From Diplonema japonicum (Eukaryota > Protista > Euglenozoa: Diplonemea), in the NCBI GenBank assembly GCA_964019335.1, contig OZ025655.1, forward strand, positions 744,001 through 808,000: a stretch of 64,000 bases of DNA, read 5' to 3'. The translations under genes and the position numbers were made by a program. This document shows, piece by piece, positions 1 through 11,477 of this stretch; the stretch's first letter is position 1; the number at the start of each line of letters is the position of its first letter. The notes below the pieces were generated by a model. It did not search any database. It was not told the origin of the DNA and saw only the letters and a list, made by a program, of their open reading frames with translations.

Positions 1-1580
1 AGCTTGTCCTCCCATTGCTCTCTGAACCCTTTTGGGGTCTGTTTCAGTTGCTGTTTGAATATTTTCTTCCCGCTTGCGCACGTCACTACCGCGACGCCCC
101 TCTTCTTGTCCTCGTCGTCCCCGTCCCATATCCTGTCGCTCTTTGTCAGTGTCGCTGCTGAGCTATACTTGCTCTGGCCCCTCCCACGTTTTGTTATGGG
201 TTGTGGCGAGTCCGACCTTGCCCTCTTCTCATCGCTTTTCATCTCCACCGCCATGCGTGGTTGCCGCTCTGGGCTCACCATGTCCATGCGCATCTTCGAC
301 CGTCCTGCCGTTGTCTTGGCATCTGATTTCCGTGACTTTGGTTCCCTGTTTTAATGTGTTTTGTGTGGGTTTGTAACGAATGCATACTTGCAGTCGGGCG
401 ACGACTTCCTCTTGTTGCCGCTGGGGCGGGTCTCCTCTGTTCCTATGAGCATCGTCTTCAAGCCGTCAACAGCGTTCGATGCAACGGATCGCCTTTCCTC
501 CCTTCTCTTCTCTCGCCTTCTTCTGTCCTTCTCCCTGTCCCTGTCTCTGTCCCTTTCGCGGTCCTTATCCCTATCTCTATCTCTTTCTCTGTCCCTATCC
601 CTTTCTCTATCTCTATCACGATCCCTGTCTCTCTCTCTGTCCCTATCCCTGTCACGGTCCCTCCTCCTCCCTTCTTGTGAGTTCGATCTCCTGCGCTTGT
701 CCCGCTTGTCGTCGTCGTCTTTCACAGCAGGCGATGGGACAGCATCCCTGTCTCTGGGGGGAGTCACACCGTCTTCCTGTGTGGTGTGGGTGTGATAGTT
801 GTTATTTCTATGGGCACATACCACAGGAGAGTCCCTCAGCTTCCTTGCGGCGATGAGATGCGGGGGCAGCACGGGTCCCTCTGTAACTGCCTCATTCACT
901 TTGACAGGAGACGGCAGTGCAGCAGGCGGCAGTGGAGCAGGTGACGGTTGAGGAGTGATTGTGGATGCTTTGGAAGGCGTGAGGGGCGAGGGGGGCTCTG
1001 CGCTTCCTTTCCCCCTCATGGCCTCTTTCTGCTTGAGCTTCTTCTTCATCAACTCGAGGTTGTTTTGGAGGTCCTTCAGGGACTCTTTTTTTTGCAGCAT
1101 TTGTTTCCGTTTCGCAACCTGCGCAGCTCTCTCTTTCTTGGAGCGCTCTTCTGCTTCGAGTTTCTTTTTTTCTTCGGATTTCTTTCTTTCCTGCTCGGCC
1201 TCGCGTCTCAGGGTTGAGATGTTTTCCCCGTCGCCGAGTTCCAAGAGGTCGAGATCGAGGGTGTTGCACGCAGTGCAGATGTTGTCCAGTATCGAGTTGA
1301 CTTGTGTGCAGTCCTCACATTCCCATTGGGTGCCGGAGTGCTTCTTCTTCGCACGCTTGTGCGCTTTCTTCCTGCTGCCAAAAATCACCACCAACGAGTT
1401 GAACAAAGCTGGCTGATCGGCATAGTCATCTTCACTCAGCACGCTGTCCCAGTCCGAACTCAGCGCATCATCATCCTCCACACCCTGCGCTACCATCTCT
1501 GGCGAGTTACTCTGCGCATCAACCGCATCAGGCGCTTCCCTCGCCGCTTCTACACCCATACACTCATCCTCCACGCTCAT
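1..1580 (-). CDS. RanBP2-type zinc finger, coiled-coil and RD/RE-repeat protein; 3' end runs off the window
   Basis: WECEDCTQVNSILDNICTAC matches the RanBP2 Zn finger pattern, followed by a Lys/Glu coiled coil and RD repeats. Introns 777-821 (45 nt) and 346-387 (42 nt) are both GTATG...CAG. After the second intron the frame stays open to position 1. Confidence 0.8.
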
Positions 1581-1809
1581 CCCTTATCGCGGCCCAACAA
1601 GAATAAAAGGCTTTTGTTCCCTCTTAAAACAGTTGAAGGAATGGGGTGGGTGGGGTGGGGGTTGATTCCTGTGGTGGTAATAAGCATCGGACCATATAAA
1701 CTGAGAAGGGAAAAAATGGGGAAAAAAAAGGGAAAAGAAAAAAAAGGACTTAACTTTAAAGCGCATTGCGCGCGAGTGTTGTTGCTAGGGATGTCGAAGT
1801 AGAAAAATC

Positions 1810-3921
1810 TCAACTGCATGAGATAGCAGGCCACAGAGCTTCAAAATCTATTCTCGTAATAGTGCCAAAACTGGCAATGGTGGCAGAAGTGGGCGAGACG
1901 AGAAGGCCTGTTGCAGCGAAGGGGAGGGGGAGGGAGGCAAAAGCGCCTTCGTACCAGATGTCAATGACAGGGGTGGTTTTGTAAGTGGCAACCACGATAT
2001 CAGGGGTAGTTGAGTCCTTGAGGTGTGCGGTGCCCACACACGAGATAGGGCCTTCTGCTTCTTTGAGCACGGAGCACGGGGTGCTGTGCTTGCGGATATC
2101 GTACATTGGGAGGAAGTGAGGGCCCACATCACACCCAGCAAGGAATGTGTACTCGCCATGCTTAGCAAGGCACTTCACCATACCCTCGATAGGTACCATT
2201 GTTGTGCTGCTGCTCCTGAAATCCACCAACGCCACACCCTTGTACCCCGACACGGCAAGGACTTCGTCGCTCTGGTCGATGCTCACAAGACTCGTCACGC
2301 ACTGCCATGTCCCCATCGTTACCTGCGATACCGTTTTATTGACGCGCAAATCTGTCCGCAACACATCAGGGTCATAGCACCCTGCCGTCACCATCACTTG
2401 CGACCCCTCTTCCCGAAGCACGGACGAAGTTCCTCCTGCATTGCCCTGCGCACTGAACTCCCATGTCCTCTTCTTCCTGTTCCACACGCTGATATCAGTT
2501 GTCAGCATGTCCGCCAATAGGATCATGTCCCTATATACCTTCACACACGAAGCGTTCATGTTCCTCCTTGTCGTGGACATCGTCGGGAACCCTGTCGTTG
2601 CGTTGAACAGGCACACCTGCCTCGCACCTGTGAAGATGCCCACCTCGTTTGTCTCAGTGCAGCATGTCAGCTGCCCATCCACAGGGAGCTCGATAGCCTT
2701 GCCGTTTGTATTGTACAGAAAGCACCCGCCTGACCCGTCCGTGCCTGCGACTCTGCAGGGTGTCTCGCAGAAGTTCTTCACGTCTGTTCCCGCAGAGCGG
2801 AGCGTAGTGCAGACTCCTTTCATAACCTTTGCCGCCATACGCGGTGTCAGCGAACCACCCTCCGAAGTGATGGCCTCTAGACCTTGCTCCACACACTTCA
2901 AGTGAGAGGCCTTCCCGAGTTTGACTGCATCGTGGCTGAAGACACCTTCAAGGTTAATGGAATAGGTGAGCTGCTTCAACGTGCGGCATGTGAGGCCTAA
3001 TCTAACTATGTCAACGACAGCTAAATAACGGACGACAGCCTGCCATGCGTCCTTGGGCAGCACGATGTTCGAGTCCGCCGTCCCACTTGATGTGAATGTT
3101 GTTGCCGCAATATCTTCAGACAAATCATAAATATCGTTGCCGATTGCACGTGCGTGTCCCCCCCGGCCACGTAGAGACTCGTAGTGCACGAACTCCGTAT
3201 CCGCTTCATAGATGCAACTTCCTTGTTTGCTTACGGCAAGCAGCCGCTCACCTAAGGCACACAATCGATACAACTGCGGCTTCAGGGCAACCTCCTGCCA
3301 CACCATGGTGGGGAGGTGAAGCCGGTGGACATCTTTGCAAGTGCCCTTGTAGGATGTGCCACCTGCGGTGAAGAAGTGTGCGTCAATGATAGCTGACGAA
3401 TGGTGCGCACGGGGCAAGGGTGGGGTGCCGGTGTAGGTATTAGTGCTCAAAACGCGCACTGTGTTGTTCATGAGATCCACCACGTGAAGGTCATTAGTAT
3501 ACTTTTTCATGTTGCCCTTCAGTCCGCCGAACAGCAGCACGCACGGGTGCTTGAGGAGGAGGGAGCAGGCAGTATTACCATGCAGTTGCAAAGGTTCACC
3601 CTTCAAAAGGGTTTCCTTGGCTAGCCCGCTCTTCATGTCGTAGCACCATAAGCCATCAAAAAACTTCGCTCGTTCACCCCTGTTGAAGCCTGACAGCTTG
3701 CCGCTCACCAAGACAAGACACGCCATCTCTTCTGAGTACACGAGACAACCCTCTCCGTGCTTTGGGCCGCTTGCTAAGACTTCCCATGTTCCTTTCGGTC
3801 CCCAGCACCGGAGTTCACTACAAGCACCGTTCTTCCCCACCCCACCGTACACGTACAGCTCATCTTCTGCGACACACGACGCGAACCCACTGGTGCTCAC
3901 GGTCCCTAGCGTCTTCCACAT
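1810..3921 (-). CDS. Kelch repeat + F-box + WD40-like propeller protein
   Basis: N-terminal Kelch motifs (LYVYGG, LLFGG, PLPRAHHS, FTAGG), central F-box LPKDAWQAVVRYLAVVDIVRLGLTCRTLK, C-terminal WD40-like repeats. No intron needed. Confidence 0.8.
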   Translation of the reverse strand: MWKTLGTVSTSGFASCVAEDELYVYGGVGKNGACSELRCWGPKGTWEVLASGPKHGEGCLVYSEEMACLVLVSGKLSGFNRGERAKFFDGLWCYDMKSGLAKETLLKGEPLQLHGNTACSLLLKHPCVLLFGGLKGNMKKYTNDLHVVDLMNNTVRVLSTNTYTGTPPLPRAHHSSAIIDAHFFTAGGTSYKGTCKDVHRLHLPTMVWQEVALKPQLYRLCALGERLLAVSKQGSCIYEADTEFVHYESLRGRGGHARAIGNDIYDLSEDIAATTFTSSGTADSNIVLPKDAWQAVVRYLAVVDIVRLGLTCRTLKQLTYSINLEGVFSHDAVKLGKASHLKCVEQGLEAITSEGGSLTPRMAAKVMKGVCTTLRSAGTDVKNFCETPCRVAGTDGSGGCFLYNTNGKAIELPVDGQLTCCTETNEVGIFTGARQVCLFNATTGFPTMSTTRRNMNASCVKVYRDMILLADMLTTDISVWNRKKRTWEFSAQGNAGGTSSVLREEGSQVMVTAGCYDPDVLRTDLRVNKTVSQVTMGTWQCVTSLVSIDQSDEVLAVSGYKGVALVDFRSSSTTMVPIEGMVKCLAKHGEYTFLAGCDVGPHFLPMYDIRKHSTPCSVLKEAEGPISCVGTAHLKDSTTPDIVVATYKTTPVIDIWYEGAFASLPLPFAATGLLVSPTSATIASFGTITRIDFEALWPAISCS

Positions 3922-4056
3922 ATCCACCTGTGCGCGTCGAAACCGTGAAAGAGAAAGAATAATAAAGCAAGAAACTACAACTGAACGGACACAACGTCAA
4001 TGTCACACAAGAGGTCTATTGTACCTCCCACTGTATACACCTGCCTGTGTGGTGTG

Positions 4057-5976
4057 TCAGTAGCTGAGGAGCGGATGGCGTCTCTTGTAGGCACCTGGTG
4101 ATGGTGTGCGTGGGGGTGTTGATGGTCGTGCAGACGCAGGAGAGACGGGTCGCACAGGTGGCGTAAAAGCAAGAGGAAGGGCATTGTGTGAACTAATACT
4201 GTTACGACGGCGTCGGTGGCCGGGAAAGGGTTGCATGGTGTGTGCATCCAAAGGGGAGAGAGAATCCGCAATTGGACTCAAAATGTTTGGATCGTTTATA
4301 TCCGGTGCCTGATATGCCTGCCGTGGACTTAAGAAATGAGGTGATCGAGCCCGCATTCTACTTGCGCCTCTTGTCCTCCTGAATTGCGGCAGCGGCGGCG
4401 GCAACCCGACCTCATTCTCAGACATTTTTGTGGTTGACAACAAGGCTTCTTCTAGTTCCTGACTCTCGCCCTCCACACCTGAAGGGCAATATGACAAGCT
4501 GCCCGTTTTTTCCATATTCTCCATAGGGATCCCATCGTCATCACTGTCGGGCACATCGACCAAGCCCATCTCGGGAGGGCCATTGTGCTCCAACGCTCTT
4601 CTGAGCCACAATCTTTCAGGTGTCTCGCTCTTGAATATTAATGTATAGTATAGGATGCACTGTGGTACTAGGTACCCAAGGGAAACTAAGGGTGCCAACC
4701 AGCAAATAGCCAGCAGTGCCTTGCCTTGTTCAGCGACGACACCTGACAACAGTATCAGCATGCCAATGTAGAAACAATTGCAAAATATGATCACTTGGAT
4801 GATGTATGTCACGGTCTTCTGTTTCGGGTAGCATTCGGACCCCGTGCGCAGCGACTCCCACGGGTTGACCCCAGTACCTTCGTGCCACGCTTTCCCCATA
4901 GGGTAAGACACAGTGTAACGGGGGACAAGGTCTGCAGGTGTGTCAGGATGCTGCAACGCAAAGTGATACTCTGAAGAGAACAGCTTGGGGTGCCCCACTA
5001 TGCCGTTTTCGAATGCCTTGTACTTCTTCTTAAGGAAGATAAACAGGATAAAGCTAGCTACGGGTGACATAAAAGCTGTGTAAGCCATCGTGTCTGCTTG
5101 GTTGGCGCCACTGAATTTCTTGACCAGACTTGTCTGCGCTGTGAGAAGCAGCACAGAACACCACACGAACCACGGCGGGTGAAGGAGCTCCGTGATCGAC
5201 GCCGAGATGGAGACCTTTACGTACTCAGCCATGTTGAAGAACCTGCTGCTGTTCTGCACGTTGGGCATGGACAGCTTCAGAGGCTTGCCTTGTGTCTCAG
5301 CGAGCTCTCTGCGCATTCGGATCACCTCATCATCACACAGCAAGTGGATCGTCTCCTGGTTGTTGAGAACAATCGCACGCCTCACAAGTAAGATCCGTGT
5401 TGCCCATCTGCTGAACTTCCTCTGCAAGTATGTGACGCTGGGCGACTCGCAGCGTGCTGCCCACGAGGCAAGCGTGAACCTCTCCAACTCAGAAATGCTT
5501 TTAAACATCTTATCCCGGTAGTTAAACCCAGTGAAGATAAACACACAATAAGCAATCCCCATGAAAAACAGTACAATCCTCGTGAACTCAAAAAGCTGCA
5601 AGTCGAACCCGATGCCACAAACTTCCGTCACGTTGTCGCCGCTGCCCGAGCCGCTCGATTCGCAGCCGCCCCAAGGGAGACGGACCTCTGTCAAGCCCAA
5701 CTCAGCAGCAGAGATAAGTAAAGCAGAAACAATGCCGATTATCATGAGCTGGACAGTGACAGCCTCTATACCCCCCTCTCTATCGTCGCCATGTACACGG
5801 TGTTCAAACTTGTGCTTAATCGACTCGATCGCGATTGTGAGAAACACCACAAAGCCAAACATGACTGTCACTGTCATCGGGTTCTGCTCCACTTGCTCGC
5901 CCATCCGCAACAACTTCACACTCCCCGCCCCTAACGCTTCGCTGGCCCATAATGTTACCAGCACAACAGGCTTCAT
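4057..5976 (-). CDS. MLO-family-like multi-pass membrane protein
   Basis: Signal-like N-terminus. VVFLTIAIESIKHKFEH...IEAVTVQLMIIGIVSALL resembles MLO TM1-TM2 and FFNMAEYVKVSI resembles the MLO FxFxKY segment. About 7 TM helices and a disordered C-tail. Confidence 0.65.
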   Translation of the reverse strand: MKPVVLVTLWASEALGAGSVKLLRMGEQVEQNPMTVTVMFGFVVFLTIAIESIKHKFEHRVHGDDREGGIEAVTVQLMIIGIVSALLISAAELGLTEVRLPWGGCESSGSGSGDNVTEVCGIGFDLQLFEFTRIVLFFMGIAYCVFIFTGFNYRDKMFKSISELERFTLASWAARCESPSVTYLQRKFSRWATRILLVRRAIVLNNQETIHLLCDDEVIRMRRELAETQGKPLKLSMPNVQNSSRFFNMAEYVKVSISASITELLHPPWFVWCSVLLLTAQTSLVKKFSGANQADTMAYTAFMSPVASFILFIFLKKKYKAFENGIVGHPKLFSSEYHFALQHPDTPADLVPRYTVSYPMGKAWHEGTGVNPWESLRTGSECYPKQKTVTYIIQVIIFCNCFYIGMLILLSGVVAEQGKALLAICWLAPLVSLGYLVPQCILYYTLIFKSETPERLWLRRALEHNGPPEMGLVDVPDSDDDGIPMENMEKTGSLSYCPSGVEGESQELEEALLSTTKMSENEVGLPPPLPQFRRTRGASRMRARSPHFLSPRQAYQAPDINDPNILSPIADSLSPLDAHTMQPFPGHRRRRNSISSHNALPLAFTPPVRPVSPASARPSTPPRTPSPGAYKRRHPLLSY

Positions 5977-6079
5977 ATTGTATTCTGTGTTGTGATGAGG
6001 GAAAGGTTATATTTGGTGATGAATAACAATACAAAGCCGAAAGGCTAGAGGCTTTGTTGGAAGGTAGAGATGTAATTCT

Positions 6080-7456
6080 CTAGTTTGGAGTGGATGTGGC
6101 ATGTGTTTCGCGCCATGTCTCGAGAGGTAGCCGCATGTAAAAAGCATCTTCGCTGGACGACTGGTAGTACTGTGGGATTACGGTACATTCCTCGAAGCCG
6201 TGCTTCCTGTACAGCTTTATAGCAGCATCGTTCCCAGAGCTGACATGGAGGATGACGCTTGTGTGGTGCTCTGTAGTAAAGGCGTGTGTAGTGATGGCGG
6301 TGATAAGGGACGATCCGATCCCCATCTTCCTCGCTTGGGGGGAAACACATAAAGAGCTCAAATGTGCTGTAGTGTCGTTCTCCTTGTGGTACATGCCTGC
6401 CCCGAGCACGATCTGCGGTGCATGAAGGCTGAACGCCACGTACACACCAGCATCCTTATGGCCTAATGCTTCTTCGAAGTATTGCAAAGGAAATGGATCG
6501 CTCGGGAAGCAACACTGGTCCAACTCAGCCACCTGTGTCAAGTCCTCTTCCTCCGCCTCCCTCACGAAGGTGCCCTCGGTCACGGGCTGCGCTATTACGT
6601 TACTTGCAACGCCCATCGCAGCTTCTCTCTGTTTAAACTCGACGAACGGCATGTCCTTAGGACGATCGCGCCACAAAATGCTGGTGGTGCCATGTGTTGT
6701 GCCAATTGAAGAAGGGCACGGCTTTGTTCTGCAAGAGGAGCACCTGGGACCTGTTTTACAGGAGTTGCAAGTGTAGTAAAGACCCGTGAGTGGGGCAGTA
6801 CAATCCATGCAGGGTAGCTGGAGTGAACCAATACGCTTAGAGATGAAAGCGTGCGACGGGTCGTGAGGTGCATCGGGGAGACAGGCTGGGCACAAGTCAT
6901 AGTCGGGACAAGACGTACACCTAAAACAGGTAGTCAGGATGCGCTCATCGCAGCCATCACAAATAGAGTGAGTGTGAAAAGAGGTGTCAGATAGGTGCCC
7001 AGGAGGCTGCCTCCAAACCACGCTGCCCAAGTCGTGAGTCTGTGCAATGGTGCAGGTCCGTGTGCGGCACGGAGCGCATCGGGGCCCTGTCGAGCAAGCC
7101 ACGCAGTTAAAGTACGGCGGTTCCAAGTTGACATCGCAGTCAACACACACCTCCTCGCCTTTGCCGGGCAGACCCCGGGGGACGACTCTTGTCACTTCAC
7201 CTTCAGAAACAGGCCTGCAAAGACTCACGAAGCAGTGCCCCTCATCGTGCGGCACCACATCCACCTCCATGCACCTCTCGCAGAAATCGAAGTCCTCGCA
7301 ATTGAGGCATTTGAACCTCCTGCCTGCAACGAACCCATCGCAGCTGTCACACAGTACAGGGTGCATCCTGGCACTCTTCCCCGTGCTGCACATGCTACCG
7401 AGCACCGTGTCGTATTGCTTTCTCGAAATTGAAGAAAGTTCCATCTTGCTCATCAT
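6080..7456 (-). CDS. ZZ-type zinc finger repeats fused to a RimI/NAT-like GNAT acetyltransferase
   Basis: Two canonical ZZ fingers (CDSC...RFKCLNCEDFDFCERC; CDGC...FRCTSCPDYDLCPAC) and two variant Cys clusters. C-terminal GNAT motif A (LCVSPQARKMGIGSSL) and motif B (LHVSSGNDAAIKLYRKHGF...YY..EDA). Confidence 0.85.
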   Translation of the reverse strand: MMSKMELSSISRKQYDTVLGSMCSTGKSARMHPVLCDSCDGFVAGRRFKCLNCEDFDFCERCMEVDVVPHDEGHCFVSLCRPVSEGEVTRVVPRGLPGKGEEVCVDCDVNLEPPYFNCVACSTGPRCAPCRTRTCTIAQTHDLGSVVWRQPPGHLSDTSFHTHSICDGCDERILTTCFRCTSCPDYDLCPACLPDAPHDPSHAFISKRIGSLQLPCMDCTAPLTGLYYTCNSCKTGPRCSSCRTKPCPSSIGTTHGTTSILWRDRPKDMPFVEFKQREAAMGVASNVIAQPVTEGTFVREAEEEDLTQVAELDQCCFPSDPFPLQYFEEALGHKDAGVYVAFSLHAPQIVLGAGMYHKENDTTAHLSSLCVSPQARKMGIGSSLITAITTHAFTTEHHTSVILHVSSGNDAAIKLYRKHGFEECTVIPQYYQSSSEDAFYMRLPLETWRETHATSTPN

Positions 7457-7615
7457 CTCCTGCGATGGCTATGCATATGAAAAACAGGGGTTTTTGTGCT
7501 TACGTTTAAACATTTATAATTACTCCAAAAAAAAGACATCAAGTTATGTAAGGACTTGAGGGGGGGGGAGGGAAGGGGTATGTTGGTTTGTTGGTTTCAC
7601 ATCACAGCACGTTAC

Positions 7616-8069
7616 TCACTGGTTCTTTTCCTCTTCCTGTGTTTTTTTTTAAATCGTTAATTTCTTTTTTGTCCCCTCCCCGGGCCATGTTGCGTACCTT
7701 CACAGCAGCCTCACGGTAGAATCGAGCGTACGAACCAATCATGACAGAGAGTGCCATGGAAGCGAGCTTTGCGGTGGTAGCATGCTCCCCGAAGGCCTTG
7801 TCACCCAGGGGGGTGCACACGAGGAACAGCGAAATCTTCCCAGCGTAGATCATCTTCCTCCACGTACCAGCCTTAGCCCCCATCTTCTTCGGCTGCAGGG
7901 CGTGCGCGTTGAAGAGACCAGAGAGGAGGATCATCATCCCGAGGCCAGCGAAGCCCTTTGCTCCCATCTTTTCTTTCATTTCCGGGCTCACTGCAGCAGC
8001 GAACAACACAGCACCCCCCATCAGGTGCATCACCCTAGAAAAGTACGTGGGCAAAGCAACAACGCTCAT
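7616..8069 (-). CDS. Small membrane protein with about 4 TM helices, function unknown
   Basis: Hydrophobic segments. Intron 7637-7697 (GTACG...CAG, 61 nt) gives the C-terminus AAVKEEEKNQ*. Confidence 0.7.
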
Positions 8070-8177
8070 TTTTATTTATAAGGAATTTCTTCCGAGATAT
8101 AGTTGCCGCGAAAAAGAAGGTGACAAAGAATAAAAGGAACTTTGTATCGTTACGACACTCCCGCCCCACGTGTTTCC

Positions 8178-10899
8178 TTAGAACGTATCAAAACCCATTT
8201 TCTCGTCTTTGGGACCCTTTCTTCCCCCTTTCCCTCCCTTACTTCCTTTACCGCCCTTGCCCCCTTTTTTACCCTTTTTGCCACCCTTTCTGTTTCTCGG
8301 GTTCGTCATTCTTCCCCGCACCTCTGTGAGTGCAGTGCTGAGGTAAGCGTCGCAGTTCACACAACCCGAATGCTTCAGAGCCTTCCCAGGGAGGGGGGAC
8401 TTGTCAGCGTCTTTGCAGGTGATAACTAGTTTATTGGATTCACATTCAGGACAGATGTCCTGTGTGTCCACCTTGACCTTCGAGGCGCCTTTGGGGAGCT
8501 TCACAATGACGTTGCACCAGCTCGTGTTGCAGACCATTCTCCATTTAGGCGCAGACGAGGCGTCTAGATTGAGGTACCCAGGACACTTCTCATCAGGGCA
8601 CTGTGTAACAGTGTTCTGTACGGCGCTCATCTCGCATGTGGGATGGGGGCATTCATTGCACCCCATCGTCTTCCCGGTGATGCTCTCGAACGGTGGGTCG
8701 TTGTAGCACTGTGTTTTGCTGTTACCATGAAACCCAAGGCCATACCTGGGGACAGAGTGGATATGTCTTCCCATCTTGCACAGTGAACAACAACAGCTCG
8801 AACTTATCCAACGGGCATACTTTCCCCTGTCATGGTGTCATCAACTTCAACACCTTCATACCTGGTAGTGTCGGATCGTCCCGTTCTGCGGGAGGGAGTG
8901 CGTCTGCTCGCAGTGCGGGCAGTACAGTCGCTGCGGGCGGCTGTCGATATACTTCATGTACCTGTCGTGTTGTTGGTAAGATCACATCTGTCAATACCTG
9001 TTGCAACTGCAACGGGATATCGGCTGTCCTGATTTTGCCAAGGGTGAGAAGGAGGCCTGTGTGGTGCTTGTTGTATGTAGCGTGCGTGCATACCTCCATC
9101 AGCACGTCCATCCGCTCGATGTTCAATTTGAAGAACCTGAATTTTGCGTAGAAGATCCTCAGCGTCCATTCTACAACTTCCTCTTTGTTTGCCTTCCCGT
9201 CTGCTATTTTTGTAACCTCGCGTTCGACGTTCTGTCTCACAAGAGGCAGCACCAGTTCATCATCAATCTTATGATACCCGTGCACAAGGATGATTCCCAG
9301 AGGTGTCGGGACCATGGTCCTTCCCGAATCCACAGCACAGTACCCACGGTCGCAGATATTGTTGATATGAGTGGGGATCGAAGCGTCGGTGCCGATGCCT
9401 GACTTCTCCATCTTCCCGATGAGGTCCGCTTCTGTTAGGTACCCCGGTGCGCTGGTTTCCCCTTCGTACAGTTCGAGCTTTGAAAGATCAAGAAGCTCTC
9501 CCTGATGGAGCTCGGGCAGGATCTCGTCCTCCACCTTGGCATACGGCAATACATCGGCGAAGCTCATCTTCCCCTTGTCCATGGTCCTGCCGACCACCGT
9601 GAAGGTCTCAGTTCCAATGGTTAAGATAGCCTTCGTTCTTGTGAACTGCATATCCGGAGAAAGTGAAGCAATAAAATGCCTTGTGATATAGTCGTACAGT
9701 CTCCACTCGTCGCCCCCGAGGCTCCCCTCAGAAGCAGGCCTCATGGGTGTGATGGGGGGATGGTCGCCCATGTCGGTGCCTGTCTTAGGCCGTGTGAGCC
9801 CCCTGTCGATCAGCGCCTTCACGTGGTCACCCCATCGCGAGTTGCTCTGCTGGTCCCTCAGTACGCCCATGAGGTCGAATGAGGGAGGGTACATCGTGGA
9901 CTCTGTCCTGGGGTAGGACACGTACCCAGATGTGTACAGCCTTTCCGCCGTCTGCATTGTGTGATGCGGAGACATCCCCAGCGTCTTTGAAGCGATTTTC
10001 AGCAGCTCCACTGTGTTGAGTGCTCCAGGGCGCGCCTTCGCGTCCCTCTTTGTGTTCACGCTGGTCACTCTTGCTTTACCTTTGCACGACTCCATGATAA
10101 GTTTCACGACTCCCTTGTCGAACAGCCTGTTGCGGTCCCAGTCAGGGTAGAAGGTGCGACCCCCTTTTGTCAAAGTAGGAGATATTCTCCAGAAGGTTTC
10201 CGGCTTGAAGTTCATGATCTCGTCGTGTCTTTGAACGGTGAAGCCAAGGGTAGGGGTCTGGCACGGCCCATAAGACACAACAGAGGCGTCGAGGTTACCG
10301 TACTTACCTTGGAAGTACTTTGTCTGGAACCTGGAGAAGGCAATGCCGACCTTGAGGTCGAGTTCTTGACGCGCGTCGACGGCGTTGGACTGGTTCTCGT
10401 CGGGCTTGATGAGGTTGTTCATGGCACGCACGAGATCCGGCTTCGTGATTGCACTGAACTTCGCCCTCCAAGTGTTGCTCCAGTTAGGAATGTTGGACCT
10501 CACAATATTGAGCACCTCGAAGCAGATATTCTCACCTTCCCTGTCGCAGTCGAGCCACAGTACAATGTCCGTGCATCCCTTCGACTCCTGGCGCAGATGG
10601 TTCACTACCCTGGCATTTTCACTCGCCTCTTTCCGCTGTGTTTGCGCATCAAAGAACAAGGTCTCTTCGTCTGTGGTCTGCCAGTTCTGGTACTTGGCAT
10701 GGAAATCAAGACTGAACACATGGCCCACTGTGCATGTGAACTTGAACCTCGCAGGCTGACCTCGGAACGTGCCAGTGTACTCGAAGATAGGGCATGCGCT
10801 TGATATCCTCTTGTGCTTCACCGCTCTTCCATCTGACAAGATCTTGGAGATGGCGTCGGCCAGCATGGGCTTCTCCGCCACCATCAGAACTGTCCTCAT
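8178..10899 (-). CDS. TOP3B: DNA topoisomerase III beta
   Basis: TOPRIM motifs (VLMVAEKP, WLDCDREGENI), SYGPCQTPTL, active-site region GYVSYPRTES, GIGTDASIP, C-terminal Cys zinc ribbons and a GK-rich tail. Four introns (9057-9093, 8962-8997, 8827-8861, 8709-8745) join ORF 8830..10899 to ORF 8178..8774 in one frame. Confidence 0.95.
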
Positions 10900-10974
10900 C
10901 GTGTAGCCCTATCCCTACTGTAGTGGCGATGTGGTGGTGGAAAGGGGAACAAAATATGTTACGTATTACTTTTA

Positions 10975-11248
10975 CTACTTGTCCAATGTTACCTTCTCGC
11001 TCTTGGCATGTAAAACCTTTGCGTCGTGTGGCTGGATGCCCCCCAGGCCCAAGTCCCACGCACTTCCACCACTTGAGCTGCGTGTTGTTACACCTTACTC
11101 GTATAACATACTTAATTTTCATGGGCTTCCCAGGGTGAAATGTATTGGCCCAGGAGTTCGCCCCTTCGCTAGACAAGGACCCTATCTTGAGATCCGAGTC
11201 CACCAGACCCATGCTCATGTCTTGGAAGTCATCGATGCCGCTCCCCAT
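10975..11248 (-). CDS. Small hypothetical protein of about 79 aa (may have a further 5' exon)
   Basis: Starts MGSGIDDFQDMSMG. A typical 34-nt intron 11078-11111 (GTATG...ACGCAG) gives ...MKINSSGGSAWDLGLGGIQPHDAKVLHAKSEKVTLDK*. Confidence 0.5.
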
Positions 11249-11477
11249 CTTGTGTAAGCTGTGTAGGTGGGTGGTGCGTGGCATTGACCATAATAACTAC
11301 CAGCAACGGAAAGAAAATGCGATGTTTGTGCATCACATGAGATACTACATCATTCTGGTCATAGAACGAAAGCCACCAGCCTTGAGACTGTGACGGACCT
11401 GTGAAGAAGTTCTTGTGAGGGCAGGCTTTTCATGCTACGTGACACGCGAAGGGAGGGAGGGAGGGGTATAAGGATGT

